A DNA stretch of 56,000 nt from Lama guanicoe (taxonomy: Eukaryota): the NCBI GenBank assembly GCA_013239625.1, contig MU053821.1, positions 86,193-142,192 on the forward strand, read 5' to 3'. The notes below the pieces were generated by a model, which was not told the origin of the DNA, ran no database searches, and worked only from the letters and a program-made list of their open reading frames with translations. The translations under genes and the position numbers were made by a program. This document shows positions 13,103-24,003 of this stretch, piece after piece; the stretch's first letter is position 1, and the number at the start of each line of letters is the position of its first letter.

Positions 13103-14908
13103 CCATAATCTTTATGGATTCTGCTATTATTGCCTTTGCATAAAAGTCCTTCAGGGCATTTCACTAATACTTGGGCCCAGTCTCTTTAATGTGAGCCTTG
13201 ATTTGATACTGTTTTATGTCAGAACATACAAGATTTCCTGGAATTTCATATTACTTTTGGAACATTTATAATACATGTACCTATGTAGGCATAACATAGA
13301 AAAGGCTTATTTTTACCTTTTATTTGAGAATACTTCCCCTATTACATACCAAATAATCCTAACTAGCTTAAGCAGTTTTTTTCCTGAGATGTCTCAGGGG
13401 CCCTTGAAGCAATTTAAATTCAGCTAGAGAAAAAAACCTAATCTGTTTATCATAATCTGTTATCAGAATTGACATTCTAAGAAAATTTTGTTCTCTAAGT
13501 GAAGAGAGATAACAATATCCTGATCTTGTATTTGCTTACTGTTAATAATAATAATTTTTTACCTAATTAAATTTAATCTAAACTTAATCAAACCTGATCA
13601 TGTACAAAACTTTCTGAAGTTTCCTTAGGCCTTCCATCACTTTCTGTATCCATATTAATTTGTCCCTTATTTTTACTCTTCATAAGCAACCAACTCGAGG
13701 ACAAAATTATTCTCCTTTTCTTTCTCAGTGAAATTATCTCCATTCTTTAAGTCTTGTCTTGCTAACAACATGCATCATACTTGCTTCACATATTGAAATG
13801 CTTCCCTTACTATTTTCAGTAGCTTTAATTACATGTATTAACATTTTTAATCCTTTAAAGAAACACTAGATCTCTAGTGAAAATCAAGCAAGTGACTCTT
13901 TTTTTATCATACTAGTATTTCTTGATTAGCAAACTTAACCACATATTCCTTGACTTCTAAAAATATACATTTTTCTTATAGCATAATTTCTTTAAAATGT
14001 AGTATAAGATGTGAGTCTAATACTATCAAATATCTTTTTTTCTCCAAATAAGGCAAAGTAGGTAAATTTATACATGATTAGCAACAAGTGTTTCAGTATT
14101 TTTAGCTTAATTGGACATGATCTGGATATTCAGTGAATTTCCAACATTTAATTTAATTTAACAAAATTATAAGTTTCAAGTACTAAACATTTGTAGAAAC
14201 TATTTTTGGATAGACACACCATAAAATAATCATTTTTAAAGGTTCACCTAAAACTTTTATTCCACTTATCTCTGTTTCATTACTTATTTCATTACTTATA
14301 CCATCATACCAAGTTCCCTTTCCTGTTGACAGCTTTGTAATGAAGTGTTATATCTAATGTTGAGAATCCTGAAGGCATGTCTGCATTAATCAAACCAACA
14401 ACTTAAGCTTGTTTTTATTTATTAAAGATTAATCCTAGTTTAAAATATCTTGTAAATATTTGGATTACTTTTTTGTTGCATTTAGAAATATTTAACTTGT
14501 AAGCATTTATTTTTTACTCAATTAAATAGAACTTTTTAGAAATTCATATTGATAATATCACCCAGAGATAGAAACATAACATAATTATAACATACACAGA
14601 CTTACATACATCCAGATAGAAACAGACAGAGATTTTACAAATTTCCTGCTTGAATTTTAAAAGGTTTTTTTTTTTTTTTTGAGATTTTATATTCTACTAA
14701 TTAAGCCAAGGATGTAATTTCAGGCAATGTGGGCTGTGTTTACATTTTAGGGGCAGGATAACTGTTCTAACTTCAAATTTCCACCTAGGAGTGCTTTTCA
14801 TTCTCAGGGTCAGAATTTTGAAATGATACTTTATCAAATCAGATGTATTTTAATTTTTCACACACAAATCAGTTTTGGAATGTCAAAAATATTTTATCTT
14901 GACCATTT

Positions 14909-15542
14909 TGTTGCCATTGATTAGGTTCTTGTCCCATCACAGAAAGAATTTAGTGACAAGTTCCAGAGGTAAAGAGAGTAAAGTGAAGATTTATTAAAGG
15001 GTAGATAGCACACACTTAAGGGGACAGTGGCAGACTCAGGTGAGCAGCTGCCTTAAGTCTCTTTGCAAATTGGTTACACAGGGTGTAAAAATGACTGGGA
15101 AGAATATTCTTTGGAGAGGAAGGGTTCGGGTTCATATCCCCTGATTTCCATTCCTGCTCCACCTTCCCAAAGAAGGGGGTATAATTGTCCTTGTTTAGTC
15201 TGGATTGAAAGTGTCACAGCATCTGTGTGTGATGGCTACTGCTAATCTCCAAGGTTAATTTTACTGGGGTAGGGGCATAATGAACAAAAAGTTACATTTG
15301 GACACATTCATGCCTTTTCCCATCTTTCTTGTCAGCCTCCAGGCCTCTTGTCATCCCAAAATGTGTGACCACTTATCAGTCTAGAAGTTCCTACTTTTCT
15401 TTCTCTGTTCAGGGACCCTTGTTGTTTACATGATGTATGGTTTCCTGCATTTGGTCTGTGTCTCTCCTTTTTGCCGAGTTCCTGCCATTTGGTCTGCATT
15501 CCCCTTTCTCTGGTCATAACTAGCTGTTTGCTTTCTCAAAAA
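14909..15542 (-). mobile_element. Solo LTR inserted in the internal region of provirus A
   Basis: GC-richer island in AT-rich sequence, TGTTG start, minus-strand AATAAA at ~14990, probable ATTT TSD. Right end is decayed. Confidence 0.65.
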
Positions 15543-16060
15543 ATTTAAAAGGTAAGTTATCCTTTGTTAGCACTTAAACCTCTCATTTTGAAAATTTCTT
15601 ACAAGTATTAGCTCATATGTATTGTCTGTGAAGACAGTCAGAGTTCCAGAGTGTAGCTGCATGTCCAAGAGCTGGAAGGCTTTAGAAACATAACTTCCCA
15701 CTTTCTTTTACTTTCCTTTTATTAAAGTGAAAATATATAGTTACATTTCCAATTTTAATGCACATTAAATAAAACTCAACCAACCCAGTTCACTCCAAAA
15801 TTCCTTTATGCCAGGGAATTCCCTCGAGGTTTCTTGTTTAGGAAATATACTTGTACCCTCTTATGACTCCAAGTCTTCAGAAAAGAGCTAGAATGAAAGT
15901 TATGGACCATCACTTAATGCAAGGAGATCCAGATATCAGGTAAAACTCACCAAATTACCTGAAGGGTGTTGTGAAGCCAGAGCAGCTCAAGGGGTCCATG
16001 TTTGGTATTGAATATCAGTCCAAAGTACATTCTAGGTGACATCAGGTGGGTTTTTCTGAT

Positions 16061-16078
16061 ATCCTGCTGACTATGCCA
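16061..16078 (-). other. Primer-binding site of provirus A, tRNA-Ser
   Basis: TGGCATAGTCAGCAGGAT versus canonical TGGCGTAGTCGGCAGGAT (two CpG transitions), 5 nt from the LTR end. Confidence 0.88.
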
Positions 16079-16546
16079 AGTATTGTTGACAAAAATAACC
16101 AATAAACAATCAGTAATAAGAATGGAAGAGTTTTATTTGAGCCAAACTGAGGAGTAGCCCAGAAATCCTGTCCCAGGTTACTCTGAGGAAACATTCCACA
16201 GAAGCAGTGCTTCCAGCACAGTTTTATCTCTTGTCAGAACAAAGAAACATTAAGAAGTCAGAGATATATTTCTTTAAGTTAAAAAAAAAAAAGGCAGCAC
16301 ATACATCATGGGGAATCAGTACAGACTTGGCACCTGGAAAGGGAGTCTTATCATCAAAGAAGGACCAGCACGGGCATCCTGGGAAGAGAGGCATTTAATC
16401 CTTATTTTTAAGAAGGACATTCTTTACTTCTGGTCAGTGTGCCCTTTTCTTTGATAATTAAAGTAGATGGACAATGTATGTTTGATAGGACACAAATAGC
16501 CTATTGTAAGTAAAATAAAATCTAAGTTAACACATGTATAAGCCAG

Positions 16547-19500
16547 GATGGTGGACAAGGAAGATGGCAAAGTAGAAGGATGCTTATAGCTCACCCTCTC
16601 CCACATATACACCAAAATTCACATCTACAGACCTGCTCAGCCAAGCAGAGCACCTGGTGAACTTGGATAGAACATCACCCTCTTCAAAAGACAAAGATGC
16701 CAAAAACCTGGTAGGAGAAAAGGGAAAAAGAAAGAAGAAAATGCAAAACAGTGTGGGACCTGTACTGAGGGGAGGGAGTGGCAAAGGAGGACTGGTGCTT
16801 GTTGCTTGGTCTCCCTCTTTCCAATGGAGAGGCCAGTGGGATGGAAGGGGAGCCTCTGGGGCTCAGATCTGCCTTGAGCACCCCTTGACCAACAGAATTG
16901 ACTTAAATAGGCACAAAGTGTCCCCACAACACTCAGCCACCTAAGCCAGGCAGAGGACTGGGGTGGCTGCACTGAGGCAGCCCAGGGGGACTGCAGGCAG
17001 CTGTGCACTGTGACTGGGAAGGGATAAAGAGCAGAACCACCTCAGTCCCCTGTAAACTGAAAAAAAGCAAAATAACACAGTTGGTGTGCCCTGTGGGGAG
17101 GGGGTGCTGTAGACTTTGTATCCTCAGGCCTATGCTGCCATTACTGACACTCCTTGAGAGAAGAGAGTTGGGGCACAGCCACAGCTGCCATCTCCTCCTG
17201 TGCATAGCTCCCAGGCAGGGGTGGGGCCAGGCCCTGAATCCACACCTGGGGTCTCTGCAACCTCCTAGACAGGACTGAGATTTGTTTACAGCTGGAGGCA
17301 AGTAGGCTGTTTCTGCTCCAGAATCTCAAAGAACTTGTGCTGCCAAGACAAACAAGGAGCTGAGATTTGGCACAGGACAGGGGTGGGGCAATTCCATAGT
17401 CTTCACTGAGCCCTCCTTTGGAGCATCAACCCAAGGTGGAACTGGCAGCTGCACAGAGTAGTGGAGAAACTGATGCCAGGAGAGGGCGGGCAGCCACCCC
17501 TCTTCCTGGTAAGAATGCAGCACCTGACCACAGTGCTGGGAGGGTTCGTGATCCACCCACCTGTCTCCCTCTGAGTGCAGCATCTGACTGAGGCATCAGG
17601 ATGGGGAGCGACACATCTGCCCACAGTGTAAGAGCTCAGCTCCTGACCCAGTGTTAGGAGGGGGCACAATCTGCTAGCCAACAGCCACTGGGAGCAGCAC
17701 AGAGGAGGGTGCCAACAGAGGGCCTCTGGAAACAGTGAGCTGAGTTCACAAAACAGGGCAAAGATACAAAGACCTCTTGATAGAATGATTAAGAGCACTC
17801 CATCTCCAGGAGAACTAGATAACTGATACCCCTTAAGCCACAGTGCCAGAGAGATATGAGCAGTATGAAGAAGCAGAGGAACCATTCCCAAATAAAAGAT
17901 CAAGAGAAATCCCCTGAAAGCATTATCAAGGAAATAGACATTGATGGCCTACTAGATCAAGATTTCAAAAAAGGAGTGGTCAAAGTACTGAAGGAACTAA
18001 AAGAAATAGTGTTTAGAGATACAAAGTATGTCAAAAATGAAATAGAAGCTATAAAGAAGAACCAAGTAGAATTAGTAAACTCACTTGCTGAGATAACAGC
18101 TGATCTAAAGGCTGCTCAAAACAGACTAGATAATGCAGAGGAATGAATAAGTGACCTAGAATACAGGACAACAGAAAGCACCCAATCAGAACAGCTGAGA
18201 GAAAAACAAGTTAAAAACAATGAAAACAATGTAAGGGACCTATGGGATAATATAAAGCATTCCAATCTCTGCATAATAGGGGTTTGAGAAGGGGAATAAA
18301 AAACAAAAGGGATTGAAAAGGTATTTGAAGAAATGACTGAAAACTTCCCAAACCAAAAGGAATCAGATATCCAAGTACAGGAGGCTCAGAGGGACCCAAA
18401 CAGGAAGAACTCAAACAGACTCTCACCAAGACATATCATCATGAAGATGGCCAGAGTCAAGCATAAAGAAAGGATCCTAAAGGAAGCAAGAGATAAACAA
18501 AGAGTGAGTTACAAGGGAACCCCCATAAGGCTCTCAACTGACTTCTCTACACAAACACAACAGGCCAGAAGGTAGTGGCAAGATACATTCAAAGTCCTGA
18601 ATGAAAAAAAGATGCAGCCTAGGATACTTTATCCAGCAAGGCTATCCTTTAGAATAGAAAGAGAGATGAAGATCTTCACAGACAAGCAAAAACTACAAGA
18701 GCTTAGTAACACTAAACCCATGCTAAAGGAAATATTGACCGTTCCACTCTAAATAGAAAAGAAGCAGGATGCTACAAAAAAGAGAAACTCATAACTGGAA
18801 AGGAGATAACTGCCATGAAATACAAAAAGAATAAACACAAAGTTGTAAAAGAAGACATCTAAATCATTAAGAGTGGGAGAGGGAAGCAAGGAAAGCCACT
18901 GTGGAAAACAGTATGGAGATTCCTCAAAAGACTAGGAGTAGACTTACCATATGACCCAGGAATCCTGTTCCTCGGCATATACCCAGAAGGAACTCTACTT
19001 CAAAATTACACCTGCACCCCAATGTTCATAGCAGCACTATTTACAATACCCAGGGCATGGAAGCAGCCTAGATGTCCATCAACAGATGAATGGATAAAGA
19101 AGATGTGGTATATTTAAACAATGGAATACTATTCAGCCACAAAAACTAACAACATAACACCATTTGCAGCAAGATGGATGTTACTGAAGAATGTCATTCT
19201 AAGTGAAGTAAGCCAGAAAGAGATAGAAAAATACCATATGAGATTGCTTATATGAAGAATCTAAACAAACACAAAGAAACAAAACAAAACATAATACAAA
19301 CCAGAAACAGACTCATAGACATAGAATTCAAACTTGTGGTTGCCATGGGGCTAGGGATAGGGGGTGGGAAGTGACAGACTGGAATTTTAAAATGCAGAAT
19401 AAACAAGATTTTACTGTATAGCACAGGGAAAAATATATGAGATCTTGTGGTAGCACATAGTGAAAAAAATGTGACAATGAATATATACTTGTTCATGTAT

Positions 19501-19590
19501 GACTGAAAAATTGTTCTCTACACTAGAATTTGACACAACATTGTAAAATAACCATTACTCAATAAAAAAAAGTAAAGAAACAAAAAAACA
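16547..19590 (+). mobile_element. LINE-1 with 5' UTR, ORF1 and 3' end but nearly all of ORF2 missing
   Basis: AAGATGGC start, ORF1 remnants, jump at 18895/18896 from the inter-ORF spacer into the last ~300 nt of ORF2, 3' UTR, AATAAA plus A-rich tail, degenerate TSD (CAGGATG/CAGAATG). Confidence 0.92.
17856..18752 (+). pseudogene. L1 ORF1p (disrupted)
   Basis: MSSMKKQRNHSQIKDQEKSPE coiled-coil N-terminus; PRHIIMKM, KERILKEAR and YKGTPIRLSTDFS motifs; several stops. Confidence 0.92.
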
Positions 19591-19988
19591 CAGAATGATT
19601 TCCTTACTTCTCAGTATGTGAAAATTTCTTTTATCAGTATTATACATATACTTCTTTTGGTTTTCTCTTGTTTATCTGTCTTTCATTATCTGGTCCTCAG
19701 AAGATAATTCAGAAAAGTAGAGAGGAAATTAATTTTTCTTTCCTATAGAAATATTGAAAATAATTACTTGATTATCCTAGCAGCCTTCACTGCCCTGTGA
19801 GAGAAAAAGAAAAATATAATCTTCCATCTCCCTCCCCAAGAATGAAAGCTCCTAACTTTAGATTTAATTTACCAGAATGACTTATGTTGCAATCTAAGAT
19901 AACTAATCTTATTAGCAAATTGGTGTTCAACTACATTTTATTGCATGCAATGTGAAGTGACAAAATTATAAAATTCAAACTATAAATG

Positions 19989-20267
19989 TGTTACCAACTA
20001 TGGTTCTTAGGGAGGCAAGTTGGTCCCTTAAGGTGATGGTGGGGGTGATTTGGTGGGTCAAGCAAGAGGGGTAATTTAAGTGATCTGCCCACCCCCTTGG
20101 TGGTTATATGTGTTGGGATCATGAGGAATACAGAGCTTTTGCTCCCAGCACCTCAGAAGTGGCAGTTGGGTTTTGCTCTTTTTGTATCTTGTTATTCATA
20201 TTTTGCCCCAATTACCCATGCCTGCAGTTATTTTAAGTCCCTTATAATTTGTGTCTGTTGCTTAACA
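19989..20267 (-). mobile_element. Probable short or internally deleted LTR fragment
   Basis: TGTTACC...GGTTCTT start and ...TTAACA end, with LTR-like composition. No TSD identified. Confidence 0.45.
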
Positions 20268-20676
20268 TACCAACTCCCAATTTTTAAAGATTGTACTCCA
20301 TCTCTACTCATAAAATATTGGCTATATTCCTTGTTCTGTGCAATACATACTTGTAACTTAATTTTTTTATGCATAATGGTTTTTGCTTTTTATCCCCTAC
20401 CTTTCATTTTGTCTTTCTTCTACCTACATATTAATCCCCTAGCCCTTCCCTCTCCTCACTAGTAAAAACTGGTTGGTTCTGTGAATCATCTGTGAACTAT
20501 CTGTGAACAATTTCTCTTTTTTTTCTTAATATCCACTAATTTATAACCCAATCATAAAAGATATAAAGCAATATTTGTCTTCCTCGTTCTGAATTATTTT
20601 ACCAAGCATAATACCTTCAAGTCCCCCCATGAGGTTGCAAAAAATTTTATTATTTTTTATGGCTGAGTAGTATTTC

Positions 20677-20679
<3 letters not shown>

Positions 20680-20721
<42 letters not shown>
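20680..20721 (+). repeat. (CA)n microsatellite
   Basis: About 21 uninterrupted units. Confidence 0.95.
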
Positions 20722-20723
<2 letters not shown>

Positions 20724-22288
20724 CACAAGCTTTTCATCCTATCATCTGTTGATGGAAACTTGAGTTGCTTTCATATTTTGGTTATTGTAAATAAAGCTGC
20801 TATAAGTATTTGGGTGCAACATCTTTTTGAATCAGTATTTTTATTTTCTTTAGTTATATACCAAGAAGCGGGAATTTCTGGATCATATAGAAGTTCGAGT
20901 TCTAGTATTTCGAGGAAACATCATACTGTTTTCTCAATGGCTGCACCAATTTACTTTTCTATCAACAGTATACAAATTTTCCTTTTCTGCTTATTTTCAT
21001 TAATATTTGTTATTTATTTGCTTTTTGTGGTAGCCATTCTGACAGGTGTGAGGTGATATTTCAATGTGGTTTTGATTTGCATTTCTCTAATTCTTCACAA
21101 TAGTGAGTATCTTTTCATGGGCCTGGAAAAAGATCTATTCAGGTCTCCTGCTTATGTTTAAATCAGGCTGTTTTTCATTTGTTTCTTTTCTTTTGTTTTG
21201 TTGATACTGATTTGTATGAGCTGTTTATATATTTTAGACATTAACTTCTTATAAGTTGTATCATTTGCAAATATTTTCTTCCACTCCATTAGTTGTCTTT
21301 CTGTTTTGTTGATGATTTCTTTTGCCATCAAAAGGTCTGTTTCATTAGATCCATTTATTTATATTAGCTCTTGTTTCCTTTGACTTAAGAGAGAGATCCT
21401 CAAAAATATTGCTATGGTTTATGTCTAAGTGGGCTTTGCCTATGCTTTCTTCTAGAAATTTTATGGTTTCCAATCTTATTTAAGTCTTTAATCCATTTTG
21501 GGTTTATTTTTGCATATGGTTATTAGAAAATATTCTAATTTCCTTCTGTTACATCTAACTGTTCTATTTCCCCAGCACGACTTATTTAGGAGACCGTCTT
21601 TTCTATTGTATATTCTTGTCTTCATTGTCATAGATTAATTGACCTTAAGTGTATGGATTTGTTTCTGGGCTCTCTGTTCTGTTCCACTGATTTATGTGTC
21701 TGTTTTTTGCCAGCACCACACTGTTTAAATTCTTGTAGCTCTGTAGGGCAGTCTGAAGTTAGGGAACATAATATCTATGACTAGGATTATGTTTGCTATT
21801 TATATTTCTGTACAAAATTTAAAATTATTTGTTCTAGTTTGTGAAAAAAAGTCTTTGCTATTTTGATAGAAATTGTATTGAATCTATAGATTGCCTCAGG
21901 TAGTATGGTCATATTAACAATATTAAGTCTTCCAGTCCAAGAACATCTTTCCATATGTTTGTGTCATATTCAATTTCTTTTATCAGTGTCCTAGTTTTCT
22001 GGGTATGTCTTTTAACTTCTTAGGTAGATTATTCCTAGATATTTTATTATTTTTGATATGATGGCAAATGGGATATTTTTCTTAATTTCTCTTTCATTGT
22101 TATTCTACAGACATGTGACAGATATCTGTATATTAATTTTGTATCCTGTAATCTTACCAAATTCATTGATGGGATTTACTAGTTTTCTGGTGGTGTCTTT
22201 TAGGATTTTTATGTACAGTGTTATTTCATCTCTAAACAATGACAGCTTTAATTCTTTCTTTCCAATTTGTGTTTTTAAATCTCTCTCT

Positions 22289-22324
<36 letters not shown>

Positions 22325-22920
22325 GATAGAACTTCCAGTATTATGTTGAACAAATAATGGATAGAGTGGGTATCCCTGACATTTTCCTGATCTTAGAGGA
22401 AATGCTTTCAGCCTTTCACTGTTAACTGTAAGATTATCTGTTGACTTATCGTATAAGACCTTTACTGTGTTAAGATATATTCTATCTTTGCCCACTTTCT
22501 AGAGAGTTTCTATCATAAATGGATATTAAATATTGTCAAAAGTTTTTTCTGAATTTATTGAGATGGTCTTGTGGTTTTTTTGTTTTTTTTCATTTGTTAA
22601 TATGGTGTATCATACTGATTGATTTGTGGATACTGAACTGTCCTTGTATCTATTGGATGAATTCTACTTACTAATGATGTATGATCCTTTTAATGTATTG
22701 TTCTATCAAGTTTCCTAATTTTTTTTGAGAATTTCTTCATCTATGTTCATCAGTAATATTAGCCTATAATTTCTTTTGTGATATCTTTGTCTGAAATTTG
22801 GTTATGAGGATACTGCTGACCTCATAGAAAAAAGTTGAAAACTTTCCTTTCTCTGAAACTTTTTGGAATGTTTAGAGAAGAATAGGTGTTAACTTTTGTC
22901 TAAATTTCTGGTAGAATTTA

Positions 22921-22992
22921 TGTGTGAAGCCATGTTTTTCTGGACTTTTGTGTGAAGCCATGTTTTTCTGGACTTTGTGTGTGTGTGTGTGT
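22921..22992 (+). repeat. 28-bp perfect tandem duplication followed by (TG)n
   Basis: TGTGTGAAGCCATGTTTTTCTGGACTTT at 22921-22948 and 22949-22976. Confidence 0.9.
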
Positions 22993-23204
22993 GCATGTGT
23001 CTGTGTATTTAAGTCCATTAATGACTACTAGTCTGTTTATATTTTGTATTTCTTCCTGTTTCAGGGTTGGGAGAGTGTACATTTTTAAGTATTTGTCCAT
23101 TTCTTCTAGGCTGTTTGTTTTATTGCCATACAGCTGTTCTTGATAGTCTTTTAGAGTCCTTTGTATTTTTGTGTTGTTTATTGTAACTCCTTTTTTATTT
23201 CTGA

Positions 23205-23393
23205 TTTTTTTTATTGATTCATAATCATTTTACAGTGTTGTGTCAAATCCCAGTGTTCAGCACAATTTTTCTTTCATGGACATATACACACTCATTGTCA
23301 CGTTTTTTTCTCTGTGATTTATCATAACATTTTGTGTATATTTCCTTGTGCTATACAGTGTAATCTTGTTTATCTATTCTACATTTTTGAAAT
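23205..23393 (-). mobile_element. Heavily 5'-truncated (~190 bp) younger L1 3' end inside the old L1
   Basis: Reverse complement matches the terminal 3' UTR at ~19390-19565 and ~32540-32730, including AATAAA and a short polyA tail. Confidence 0.85.
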
Positions 23394-23493
23394 TTTATTA
23401 CTTTGGGTTCTCTCTTTTTTTTCTTCATGAATCTGCTTAAGATTTGTCAATTTTATATATCTTTCAAAGAACCAATTCAATTTCATTGATCCT

Positions 23494-23543
23494 ATTATTA
23501 TTATTATTATTATTATTATTGTTGTTGTTGTTGTTGTTATTAT
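23494..23543 (+). repeat. Compound (TTA)n(TTG)n microsatellite
   Basis: Read directly from the sequence. Confidence 0.9.
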
Positions 23544-23967
23544 TTTAGTCTATTTCATTTAGTTCTGCTCTGATTTTTATGTGATCTTTCTTTTTATTAC
23601 ATTTGTGTTTTGTTCTTTTTCTCTAGTTCTAGTTGACTTCTAATTACTTAGTGTTTGTGGTTCTGAAAAATGCTTGACGTAATTTCAAATTTCTTAAGTT
23701 TACTGAGGCTTGCTTTGAGGTCTATCATGTGGTCTATCCTGGCAAATGTTCCCTGTGCACCTGAAAAGAACTGTATATTCTGTTGCCTTGGATGGAATGT
23801 TTTATATTAAGTCTATCTGGTCTAATGTGTCATTTAAGACCACTGATTTTCTGTCTGGATGATCTGCTATTGACATATGTGGGATGTTGACATCCCCTAC
23901 TATTATTATTGTCAATTTCTACCTTACATCTGTTAATATATGGTTTATTTGGTATATGTGTATGTGT

Positions 23968-23970
<3 letters not shown>

Positions 23971-24001
<31 letters not shown>
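23971..24001 (+). repeat. (CA)n microsatellite
   Basis: Read directly from the sequence. Confidence 0.95.

Positions 24002-24003
<2 letters not shown>

Larger units (their letters stand above)
468..19636 (-). mobile_element. Provirus A: degraded ERV1-class element, non-autonomous MER4-group-like architecture, with nested insertions
   Basis: Paired LTRs (468-974; 16084-16546 plus 19591-19636), 4-bp TSD GTAT (464-467 and 19637-19640), PPT at 975-988, tRNA-Ser PBS at 16061-16078, RNase H and integrase remnants, long AT-rich internal segments. Confidence 0.88.
16084..19636 (-). repeat. 5' LTR of provirus A, split by an L1 (pieces 16084-16546 and 19591-19636)
   Basis: Rejoined halves are colinear with 468-974 (AAGCCAGAATGA...AGTATGTGAAAATTTCTTTTA.CA). 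Confidence 0.88.

Noticed and set aside
16061..16078. tRNA gene fragments (also 5400 and 44278)
   Set aside because: 16-18 nt complements of tRNA 3' ends next to LTRs are primer-binding sites, not tRNA genes.
16637..17903. Many overlapping 60-170 aa ORFs (also 28629-29354 and 43993-44431)
   Set aside because: GC-rich L1 5' UTR or ERV leader sequence with few stop codons and no protein motifs.
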